This document shows, piece after piece, positions 23,227 to 33,845 of a stretch of DNA of 64,000 nt. The notes beneath the pieces were generated by a model. The model did not search any database. It saw only the letters and a program-made list of their open reading frames with translations, and was not told where the DNA came from. The DNA is from Phyllosticta citribraziliensis (Eukaryota). The stretch is from positions 1 through 64,000 of the forward strand of contig NW_027117353.1 in assembly GCF_038025025.1 (NCBI RefSeq), in the 5' to 3' direction. How positions within the stretch are numbered: the stretch's first letter is position 1; every line of letters begins with the position of its first letter. The position numbers and the translations under genes are program-made.

Positions 23227-26218
23227 CTCTCGAGTTTCCTCGCCCGTCTCCTTTACCCTCACCCACGGTTCGTCTGTTCCCTAGTCTCAGCACGGCATTT
23301 ACGCCATGAAACCCCGTCCGTCTGCAGCAATGCCCATCCAGCCCTTTTTAGTGCGAGCCATTTCAGCTTCGGCTCCCACCCGAAGACCCTTGGCGATTGC
23401 AATCTCCCGAAGCCTTCTCCAGAAAAACAATTGCCTCGCCAACACCTTGCTTCTGGCGTCCGCATGCTGTGTTCCTCGACCGGACACAACACATGCGCCT
23501 CCCCATTCGACGTGGCATCAGTGGCGACTGCAGAAGGGAAAAGGGCTCCAAATTCTCCGTCTGGCCGTCCCTCGCCCGCCGCCTCTGTCATGAGTTGCCG
23601 ATACCTCTCTACCCAGTCTATGTATGTATGTATGTACGAGTACGTACTGTCCACGCCCAGCTCGAGCCCTCAGCGACCACATGTACCTTGCTGCACATCT
23701 CTCGACGCAGTGACGCGCGGCGGCTCTGCGACCGTGGAGAAGACGATTCTGATCACCTACATACCTGTCTGTACATGGACCAATCGACATCCCAGGGGTC
23801 GCCATGGTCGTGTCGTCGAACCTCAAAACTGCTGCTCCGTCCTGCCTCTGCCTGGCGTTGCTCCCTCTCCACCATCCTCTTCTCCACGTCCACGTCGAAC
23901 AAGACCGTCACTGCGTCTCTGCCCTTCGCTTCGGACATGTACACCGGAACTGCAGTGCCTCCGCCCGCGCTGCATCGCCTCTGCCGCTCCCAGCGCAAGC
24001 AGATAACCACACTCATGTGCGTCCACTCCAGTACCCGCCTCGCTTCGTGATCGTCAGAATCAACAAAACATAAAACATCTCGGCGCCCTTTCCGATTCAT
24101 TTGGACTCCCCGGCCTGCACCCCGTCCCACACCACGCGAGATTGCGATCTTCCACGCTGTCGACTTTCCGCTATCCGCAGCTGTAGACGCAAACAATGCC
24201 ATCATCAGCCAACGCTGCCGGTCATGTACGTGTCGCAGACGTTTTGAAAGGCGAAGGAAGCGTGCAGCACTCTGCTTGCTTCTCGCGCTTGCATCGGTCA
24301 TGCAAAGCGCCGAATCCACTCGCCACCAGAGATAACCCCCTCGTGTCTGGTCCCTTGTTGCCCGTGAACCTGACGTCTGGCTAATGCTTGGCGGCTGAGG
24401 GTCGGAGCGAGACGATTGGTTGCCGGCTTCGCGTCTCGAAATGGAAGTGGGCCTTGAGTGTGCTCCGTCTCGTCGCCAGGGCACCATCTCTCATGAGGAC
24501 CAAGCAGCCTTTTTCACTGCAGATACCGCATTCCAGTGCCGACGTGCACACATCCTGCCCGATGCGTCGGCCAAGTAGATTATTACGAGGACCCACGCAG
24601 GGCACCTCCGCATGAGCATCGACCCTGTCTCCGCAGGCGTCATCGAAAATCCTCATGGACCATCATTTCAATCTCACTCCTCTTCTTCGTCCTTTCCCCT
24701 CCTCCGCTCCTTGGTCTTCTTCATGACGGTTTTCAAGTCGCTCAAAATTCCTCTGCGGGCGTCTGCACATGCGCTCGGGTCCTCCACAAGGCGGTCAAGA
24801 CAAGGTGGTCACGCCCGGACAAAGCCGCTCTCACAAATATAGCAACCGAGCTCGTGTCTGCAGTCGGTCCGCCCTCGCCAGAGACCAGATGCTGTCCTTA
24901 TAAAGGCACGTTGAGCGTAATGCCCTCAATGTCGACGTGTACGTCGCCATCTCGCTCTCATTTCGCAAAGGCTAGGGGCACTGTTGGTAGTTTTTGTATA
25001 CATAGCAACGGGATGAGACATTGCAGCTTGGCTTCCTCGTCAACCAACAGGCAGCAGCAATCCGGAAGATCCCCGGATATTGGCAGGGGGCACTTTTTGC
25101 GTGCGAGGCTTGTCGGTTGCGAAGGCAGAGAGTAGATGGGGAGAAAACGGGGGTCTTGTTCACAATTCAGAGGTAAATGATAGGAAGCTTTGAAACTCGT
25201 AGGTATTCGTGGAATCATGTGGCTGTGGAAGCTAGATTCTGGTCACGAAGCCTCGGTACTTCCGGTGGTCTGCCTAGTTTCGATGGATCTGTCACCATCA
25301 TCTCTTTCCCGGAGAGCAGACGGTCCTTCTAGATAGAAAGCGGAATCATGCTCAAGTTGTCTCATGATACGAATTCGAGGTAGACCAAGACAGAAAGAAT
25401 GGTGACTGACAGCAGCTCGCCAGACTAGTCTCGATATTTCCAACACAATACATTTCTTGCAATTTCTGGTACGCAGAGCTCGCCTGGGAGTGCTGGCAAA
25501 AGGATCCACCAGAGCAGTAGGAGTACTGTGGAGGATTCTGGCTTCTTGCTCAGCTTCTCAGTTGGAGAGTGGTTGGTTTGTGTTTGTGTTCCCCATTGCC
25601 TGCCCTCGGCAGGATCGACGCTGGCTGTTCGGAGATAAGCGAGCGGGCCAGTGAGTGCCAGAAACCTTTCACGACCTGCCGTGACCTCACCTGCCACGAC
25701 TGTCCAGAACGGGAACAACATATGTACCTTCACGCAATACACAGAGTTGCTACGCCTCCGACTCGTCCTCTACTGCTAGCTTCTCTTCACCGGTCAATTT
25801 GCGCTTGCGATTCCCTCTGCACGCCGACATCACTACAGCCACCTTGCAGTCTTCACCTTACTTCGACCGACACCTCCTACTTACAACTCACCCAGTCACT
25901 TCGTGGCCGCCCGATTCTCTAGCCGTACGCAGTCAGCTCCTTGGCCATTATCATCCTCGGTGAATCCAACTTCAATTCCCGCGTCGTCTTCCTTGTCGCG
26001 TCAACGGGTACCTGCAGCACTCTCTCCGCACGGCTGCTGCCGTCAGATCAACTCTCTAGCGCTGTTGCTCGCATCGAGCATGTCATCCTTTTTCGCTTGC
26101 CCCACTCTCTCCCGCTGATGGCCCACGACCTTGTCGGCATTTGACACCAGTCGTCGTCGGACACTCAACAGCTGCCACATTCCCCAAGATACAGCCGTCT
26201 GCCTTTTCATTCGCCGAA

Positions 26219-28216
26219 ATGTGGACCAGCAAGGGACTCTTCAAAGAGATCATCTGCCCCATGGGCGCAGCGTGTCGAATGCCAAATTGCATCTTTGGTC
26301 ACGATTTCTTCGGCACAACGCCTTCTCAAGACAGCCGCGCCTTGGAGTCGGCGCCAAGATCCAACCCCTTGGTTGAGAAGCCCTCAACAGACCATGTTCC
26401 TGAGCCTAAGAAGCGCAAGATTGATCATAATGACGATAGCACCAGTCTTCCGCCTCAGCAGCCGGCCAAAAAAGCCTTTGTCGGGGGCTTGGTAGGGTCA
26501 GATAAGTCAAACACAAACGCCAAAGAGACTCTGACCAAGACACGTGTTTCGAAAACCACGAACACCTCCCCAAAGCATTTGGCGACTGTCCAGCGTCCCA
26601 TTTCACCGCCGCCCAAGTCAATACAGCAGAAGCCCAAAGTCTCAGCGACGGGTGCTGGTGACATCAAGAAGGAAAGTCTCAATCCTCGGCCCATAAAAGG
26701 CGAGCCTGCTCAGTGGGCAGTGCGCTACGCTCTCCTCCAAAAACTGCATGAAGCCATGTCCCTCGTCAACAAGAAAGCCAAAGAGAGTTCCGACACAGAG
26801 CTCCACACGCTTGTTCTTGGCGAAAACGAGCTCATCAAGGCCGCGCTGGACGAAGAGGAACACTTGGCAAAGACGCAGGGCAAAGTATACCGGAATGTGA
26901 CGGGGCAACGGGTCATGAGCTACAAAAAGATGAAGGTGGAGGATTGGAAGGCGCACCTTTTGAAGGCCAAAACTCCAGCAACCCATGCCGAAACGGAAAC
27001 AAAGACACCACAACGTGTCGACACTGGTTTGAGCCCGGACCAAGAGACGATGTTCCTCTCGCGGCTCACTACAAATCAAACAGGGCTGGATAGACATGGC
27101 TACGTCACAAAAGTGCCATCGTCAGAAGAGATCGAAGAAGCCAAGCAAGCAGTGAAGTGGGTAGCAAACTGGGAAGTATGTGATCGCTGTGCGACACGGT
27201 TCCAAGTGTTCCCCGACAGACGCGAAGATGGCGCTCTCACAACCGGGGACCATTGCACGTATCACCCAGGCAAGGTCATGTATCCTCAGCGCAAGAAGAC
27301 GGACAACATCACTGGACGCGAGGAACCACGATATATGTGCTGCCGCGAGCCGCAAGGCAGTCGAGGATGTGTGACTCTGAACACACACGTCTTCAAAGTT
27401 GCCGATAGCAAGCGCATGGCAGCCATCATGCCCTTCGTTGAGACTCCGCCAAACCCCAACCCTATCAAGAACAAGGCTGTCTGTTTTGATTGCGAGATGG
27501 GCTATACGGTGTATGGGCTGGAGGTTATTCGGCTGACGGCAACATCTTGGCCGGACGGAGAGTCGCTGATTGATGTTCTTGTTCGTCCACTTGGGACTGT
27601 GCTCGACTTGAACACGCGCTACTCGGGTGTCACGCCGGATCAGTTCTTCAGCGCACCAGAGTACGATGCCACAGACCCGGCATCATCAAACCCGCGAGCA
27701 TCGGCGACTGAGAAGGGCGCAATGACACTACGGATTGTGTCGAGCCCTGAGGAAGCTCGTGCGCTGCTCCTCTCGCACATTAGCCCGGAAACCCCACTGC
27801 TGGGACACGCTTTGGAGAACGATCTCAACGTCATGCGGCTCGTGCATCCAACAATAATCGATACGGTCATGCTCTTTCCTCACGTCAAGGGCCTCCCCAT
27901 CCGACACAGCCTCAAGGCATTGGCAAAGAGGGAGTTGGGCCGGGAAATCCAAACGGCAGGCGCAGCTGGACACGACAGCTTGGAGGACGCGCGCAGTACA
28001 GGGGAGCTGATCAGGGCAAAGGTCGCAAAGGAGTGGAGAAAGCTGCAGGATGCTGGTTGGACGGTGACGTCCCAAGGCTTTTGTCCACCCGAAGGAGAGG
28101 CAGCGGCGCAGCAGCCGCTTGCGTCAGCGCAATTGAGTAGCGAAAAGTCGTCGGATGCGAAGAAAAGAAGCTTCCCGGAAAGCGAGGAAGCGGGAGACGA
28201 GGCGAGCACGGTTTGA
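26219..28216 (+). CDS. REX3: RNA exonuclease 3-like DEDDh 3'-5' exonuclease with N-terminal Cys/His finger
   Basis: First ATG at 26219 (MWTSKGLFKEIICPMGAACRMPNCIFGH). CDRC…CTYHPG…CC Zn region; Exo motifs FDCEMG, GHALENDL, HDSLEDA. Confidence 0.9.
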   Translation: MWTSKGLFKEIICPMGAACRMPNCIFGHDFFGTTPSQDSRALESAPRSNPLVEKPSTDHVPEPKKRKIDHNDDSTSLPPQQPAKKAFVGGLVGSDKSNTNAKETLTKTRVSKTTNTSPKHLATVQRPISPPPKSIQQKPKVSATGAGDIKKESLNPRPIKGEPAQWAVRYALLQKLHEAMSLVNKKAKESSDTELHTLVLGENELIKAALDEEEHLAKTQGKVYRNVTGQRVMSYKKMKVEDWKAHLLKAKTPATHAETETKTPQRVDTGLSPDQETMFLSRLTTNQTGLDRHGYVTKVPSSEEIEEAKQAVKWVANWEVCDRCATRFQVFPDRREDGALTTGDHCTYHPGKVMYPQRKKTDNITGREEPRYMCCREPQGSRGCVTLNTHVFKVADSKRMAAIMPFVETPPNPNPIKNKAVCFDCEMGYTVYGLEVIRLTATSWPDGESLIDVLVRPLGTVLDLNTRYSGVTPDQFFSAPEYDATDPASSNPRASATEKGAMTLRIVSSPEEARALLLSHISPETPLLGHALENDLNVMRLVHPTIIDTVMLFPHVKGLPIRHSLKALAKRELGREIQTAGAAGHDSLEDARSTGELIRAKVAKEWRKLQDAGWTVTSQGFCPPEGEAAAQQPLASAQLSSEKSSDAKKRSFPESEEAGDEASTV

Positions 28217-28757
28217 AGTCGGTGGTCCAAATTCAATCTTGCAAGACTTGAAGTCAAAGCAGGAGGTTGGGCTGGGACGGTTGTCAGGCACCTCGCAGCG
28301 TCGGGCGAGTCATGAATGCTCGGGTCGGAAATGCGGAGAGAATGACAACCCGGTGCAGATCATATCATGCCAGTCGGGGTGATGATATGATGGTGATGAT
28401 GATGCCGACTTTGGATTTTCTTGAATTTGTCGTGATACAGGTCAGTTTTGGTGGACGAGGGGTGATGTGCTCGATGGCGACTGGTTCCACCTGCCCCTCG
28501 CTGCATGCCTGCTGCAGCTGCTTGCCCTGCCCTGCGGTGCCTGCCTTGCGAGCCTGCCTGCCCTGCCTGTTTGACACCATGACGTAGGCCATCGCCGCTA
28601 CACCACTTCCAACTTAGCCAAGGGTTCACTTCACTCCGACCTGACACTTCTTTAGCTCTTCCCTGCGGCCCTCTCTCCTGTCACCCTCGTGCTCTTCTCT
28701 CGCAACCCGCTCACGAACAACGAAACGAAACGAAACGTACATTTACCAGCAACCACC

Positions 28758-30160
28758 ATGGATACCATCTCCAACCTTGCCAACACGGCCAGCAAGCTCA
28801 TCTACGGTGACCCGCAGCAGCAATCCGGCCAGGAGCCCGTCTCGGGTCAAGCTGGTGCTGGCACCGCAACGGACCCTTACGATTCCGGCAACCTGCACGG
28901 TATGTCTCTGCTCAGCCCTTTGTTTGTCTGCCCAAGTCCATCGAGCGTTGCGTCACCAAGAATGGCGGAGTGCAGCATTTCGCCCCGTCGGCTTATACAT
29001 CTCGGCTCTCACATCACAAATCCCCCCACTACATGACTCTACACCTGCCTGCCGTGCGGGCAAACAACCTTCTCTTTCCTTCTTTTTTGAGTTTGCCGGC
29101 ATCATGAGCTCCAATCCCAACCATCAGGCTGGCGGGAAGACCAAAGTAACAATCGTGCTCGTAGACGACCCAGAAAAGGCCGGAAAGCCCGCCCAAGAGA
29201 CCAATCCCAGCGCGACTTTGAATGCAACGGCAGATGATGCGTCGGCCGAGCCTCGTGTGGATGGCGCCAACCTTGTAGATCGCACCAAGGATATCAGTGG
29301 CGCAGACAAGACTTTCGGTAATGGCGTTTTCAACACTCAGTTGGTAAGTCTCTTTGCTGACTGTCACACCAGACGCCGAGAGAGGAAGCTCGGCAGCCGC
29401 GCCGACAGAAGGCAGTGCCCGTGGCGTCAACATTACTGCGGGCCTCGACCCGTTGCACGATACTGACAAGACTGGGGTTTTGAGCGCCCACAGCAGCGAC
29501 CCTCACGGCAGCGACGTTCGCCCGAGTGAGAGGAATGCGGACCGTCCAAATGACTCCATTGGAACATTCGGCACTGCCGTGCCATCGGTCGGAGCAGACC
29601 CGACGTCCGGGCAGCAGCCGAGCCTTAAACAACAGGGCGGGGATAGACCAAGGGAGGAGCCAGCTGAAGACCAGACACACGCCATCAAGCAGAAAAAGGA
29701 GGAGGGGGAAGAGGTGTTGGCGAAACGGGACCCTGGTGATTTCTCAGGCGAGCCACTCAACGTACACAAAGAAGCAGACAAGAAAGACCAAGAGAGCACA
29801 CAAGACGTGTCCGGGCCCGGGGGTGCGGACAAGAGCCAAGAGAAGGGAACAGGGGAGAAGGTCATCAAGTCGACGGGTTTTAGCGCCGACGGGGGTGACT
29901 TCGACGCGTCCAAGCCAGGAGCGGGACGAGAGGCTGATCGTAAGCCATATTGCTTCTGTGATTGGGTGAATTTTGACTGACCATAGGCAGGATTGTTGGA
30001 GTCGAAGGGGGTTTATCGAGATGCGGGCCCAGCAAAATCCGACTTGGATTCGCCTTCCCCCTCGCCCGCGCGTTCCCAAGACAGCCACTCGAACTCGGAA
30101 CATGGCAAGACGAGCATGAAGACAAAGATCAAGGAGAAGCTGCACATCGGAAAGCACTGA
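28758..30160 (+). CDS. Hydrophilic Gly/Asp-rich conserved fungal protein (hydrophilin/stress-protein-like), 4 exons
   Basis: Exons 28758-28899, 29165-29317, 29373-29939 and 29991-30160 splice in frame via GT-AG introns. Motifs EPVSG…G…DPYDSGN, KSTGFSADGGDFDASKPGAGREADRLLE, and C-terminal KIKEKLHIGKH. Confidence 0.85.
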
Positions 30161-31073
30161 ACGAAGCCATCGGCTTCGGTGCGGCGCGTGGATCTCGCTA
30201 TGAACGACGTTGTTTGCGATATTGTCTACGATGCCTTGTTAGGAGGAGATTAGCAGGACCGTTTTCCAAATACCTTAGGCCGGACAGCGCATGCTGGGCA
30301 TTGCTTGCCGAGGACTGCTCTTTCTGGACCAACAGTGCCGGGAACTAAAACTGAGGTGAACGGAGGCTGCGGAAGGGGAAAGGTGTTTGCTACTCGTCGG
30401 CTGCAACATGACTCGCGTCCACATCTCAACTCCTAACCCTAGCTCGACAAGGCCCAACCCATCCGCCGCCTTGCAAATGCTTGCCTTGTTCGAAGACCAT
30501 GCGACACGAGAGAAGCACGGAGACACAGAGACGACTGCTTGCTCAGTACGATTGTCAGTGATGGCTGCAACGCTTCCATTTTTCAAATGTATGCTTCTTT
30601 CCACAGCTTCTTCTACAGTTGTCCATTTTGTTTCAACCACCCGCAGACCCTCTCCGCCACCATGCTTGCCCTTGGCGAGTACCTCTCATCTCCGCATTTG
30701 CAGCGCTGAGCCTGTCGGTTGTATTTACCTGCGAGTCTACATGTCCACGCCAGGCATGGCCGCTTCTCTTGGCCCGTTAGAACAACCATGCTTGACATTA
30801 AGCTGCCTTGTCCTCACTCCCGCTCCAGTACGCCTGCTGCCACCATGACCCATGGCGCCGACTCGGGTCCCGCTGCTGTGAACCTAGATCTCGGTGCACG
30901 TGTGAGTCTTATAAACCAAGGACATTGGTTTAAAAGTCATGTTCGCCGACGGATATCCCCTTTGATTGATCCGATTTCATCCCGCCATATCCCATTGTAC
31001 ATTCACTCCTTTCCGTTACTCACTGGCCGTACAAAATCTCGTGTGGTGTGTTGGGATAATTGGCGCAGACATT

Positions 31074-33845
31074 ATGCGCTCTTTAATCGCCCTGGCATTG
31101 GCTGCCACCACCGCTTTGGCGCAAAAGCCATCATGCGATGATGGGCGGAAGCTTGGGTATGCTTAATCACTACAAAGTTTTTGGGGAGATTTGTCTCCTT
31201 CTGTCGTCGACCACCCTCGCTTACAGACCTCTTCAGAACCTTTCAACCAATTTATTCTCCAGCACGGCCACCATCGGTGCCATTGGCTGTGCGGTCACCA
31301 TATACGAGTGCGTGGTCAACCACCGCACAAAATGGAACTCTCAATGGCGGTTCCGTCAAATTCTGGACGGGTGAAGATATCGGCTGGGAGGGTATCGTCC
31401 TGGTTGACGGCACGGCCTACGAATTCATGGGCGACGGAATCACTGATCTGCCATTGATGGACAACATCAAATATGCGACCCCGCTGACCGTAACCTACGA
31501 TTCTCAATATTCCAATTTCACTTTCTCGGCTGGCCCAGTCGAGCTCACGGCGTCCTTTTTCTCCCCGGTCATTCCGCAGGATTTGTGCCGGACGAGTATT
31601 CCACTGAGTTACCTTCTCGTTTCCTGGAGATCCAAGGACAACTCTTCACACAGCGTGCAGCTGTACAACGACGTCAACGCTGGCTGGAATAACTATCAGG
31701 CGAGTCAAACCATTCAGTACTCGCTGTCCGCAGACACTGCATCCGTGCAACCGAACACCACCATTAATCGGGGATCTCTGTTTACCTGGTAATTTCCCCA
31801 TGCTTCTTTTGAGACTACAAAGACTAATTTCGAAAAAGGGAATACCATCTGGGCCAGGAGTTCACATTTACGGAGCTGAACGAGTTTCCTCAATGGGGGA
31901 ATTTCACTTTGTCCACCAAGCCAGGAAGGGTCGCCAACTTTTCTTTCCAGGCCGGAGATTCAGTCAACATTCGGTACAACTTCATCAAGAATCGCTACCT
32001 CTCCAACGACATTGACAGCGGCGACGACCAAATCTTCGCTTACACACACGACTTTGGCCGCAACGCTACCCAAGGAAGCTCTTTGTACACCGTCGGCACT
32101 ATTCAAAAGCCAAACATCAACTACCTTACTCCGGAAGGTTTGCAAAGTCTCCAACCATGGTGGAGTGGCGATCAATGTTTGGGACCGAGCATTCCCAACG
32201 CTATCGCATTTCACTACGACGACTTCCAAACGGTGCAGGTCTCCGCGGCGCAGTATGAGCAAAAGCTCAAAGACGACATTGAAGCCTACTATGCTGGAGA
32301 CAGACCGGCCGATGTTGGCGCCAATCCGGTCAACCGTACCGGGCAACCGCAGGGTCCTCAGGCCAACGGTCCGCTCTTCCAAGACCAGCTTACAGGAATC
32401 CAGTATCAGACTGGACGGGATCAGTTTGGTGTTGATTACCTGTTCAACGCTTCTACTGCCTATGGGTATTTGCGTTCAACGAACAGGTCCAGCATTGCCG
32501 TTCCAGAGGTTCAAGAGGCTCAGTCGTACTACTCCATTGTGGCGCTGTCGACTCGACAGACGATGGGTGCCTACGTCTTGACTCTACCACCCCGCTTTAA
32601 CTGCGGCAACTCTTCTCAGCTTTACAGTCCGACCGAGCCTTTCATGTGGCAGAAGGAAATTTCCTCGAACGGCAACATGAATACGGTTGATGTGCTGGTA
32701 AGTGCATGAACTGATAGATTAGTAGACAGAGCTAACTACATCAGTATCCGTGCATGCCCTTTTTCCTTTACTCTAACCCCAATATGCTGAAGTACAACAT
32801 GAACCCCTTGTGGCTATTCCAGGAATCCGGATTCTACCCCAGGCTTTACGCCATTCACGACATTGGATTCCGTTTCCCGAATGCGACTGGATATGTTGAT
32901 GGCAACGACCGGACCATGCCTGTTGAGGAGTCGGCCAACATGATCCTCATGACTTATGCGTACTACAAGTACACCGGAGACTCGAACTATTTGAAGCAAC
33001 ACTACCAAAAGATGTTTCAATGGGCGCAATTCCTGATTAGGTACGCGCTTGTACCCTCGAGCCAATTGAGTACGGACGATTTTCAGGGCACGCTCGAGAA
33101 CCAAACCAATCTTGCCATCAAGGGTATTGTTGGCCTGCAAGCCATGGCTCAGGTATCCACGGTCACGGGCAACCCGGTAGATTCGGCCAACTTCTCGGCG
33201 TACTCGACAGAATACTACGACAAGTGGGAGGGCTATGGCATCGACCCCACCGGCACCCACACGCTCCTCAACTACCAGTCCCGTTACAGCTGGGGCCTGC
33301 TGTACAACACGTATCCAGACAAGTTGCTCAACCTCGGCGTCGTCAGGCAGGAGGTGTACGACATGCAGTCGACTTGGTACCCGCAAATCTTCCAAATCTT
33401 CGGCATCCCGCTCGACAGCCGCAAATCCATCACAAAGACAGACTGGGAGATGTGGACCGCGGCCACCTGCTCGCCCGAGACGCGGCGCCTGTTCGTCAAT
33501 GCCCTGGCATACTGGATCAACAGCACGAGCTTCGACAAGGCGTTCACCGACCTCCACGACACCATTGCGCAGGGCGGCACGAGGGAGGGCAGTCCGACGT
33601 TTATCGCGCGCCCCGTCGCCGGCGGCCACTTTGCGCTGCTGGCCATGGGCGCCGCCGGCCGCAATTCGCAGAGCGGAACGCTGCCCGGCGGCTTCCCGCT
33701 CAACGGGACCCAGGTCACGACCATCATCAGTCAAACGGTGCTGCAGAAGATCCCGCCGACCATCGTTCCGACTACGACGATTGAGAGCGGCACGTTTACT
33801 ACTACGACGAGTGTCGTGACGAGCACGACGTCGTCCGGCAGGTAA
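31074..33845 (+). CDS. Secreted glutaminase A (GtaA)-family protein (DUF5127/DUF4965/DUF1793-type), 4 exons
   Basis: Signal peptide MRSLIALALAATTALA. Motifs PARPPSVPLAVRSPY, KEISSNGNMNTVDV, MPVEESANM, QLSTDDFQG…NQTNLAIKG, GIPLDSR…KTDWE, ARPVAGGHF. Introns 31157-31236, ~31789-31838 and ~32698-32744. Confidence 0.9.

Noticed and set aside
22470..26140. Many overlapping 60-240-aa ORFs between the 942-aa gene and REX3
   Set aside because: No family motifs or consistent exon chain; they look like divergent promoter/UTR sequence, though a poorly conserved gene cannot be excluded.
29344..29372. 29-nt GTAAGT…CAG micro-intron
   Set aside because: Too short and gives the wrong frame; the upstream donor at 29318 gives a 55-nt intron that restores the frame.
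30433..30441. CTAACCCTA as a telomerase RNA template
   Set aside because: A 9-mer is expected by chance, and the ~0.9-kb intergenic gap seems short for a filamentous-ascomycete telomerase RNA.
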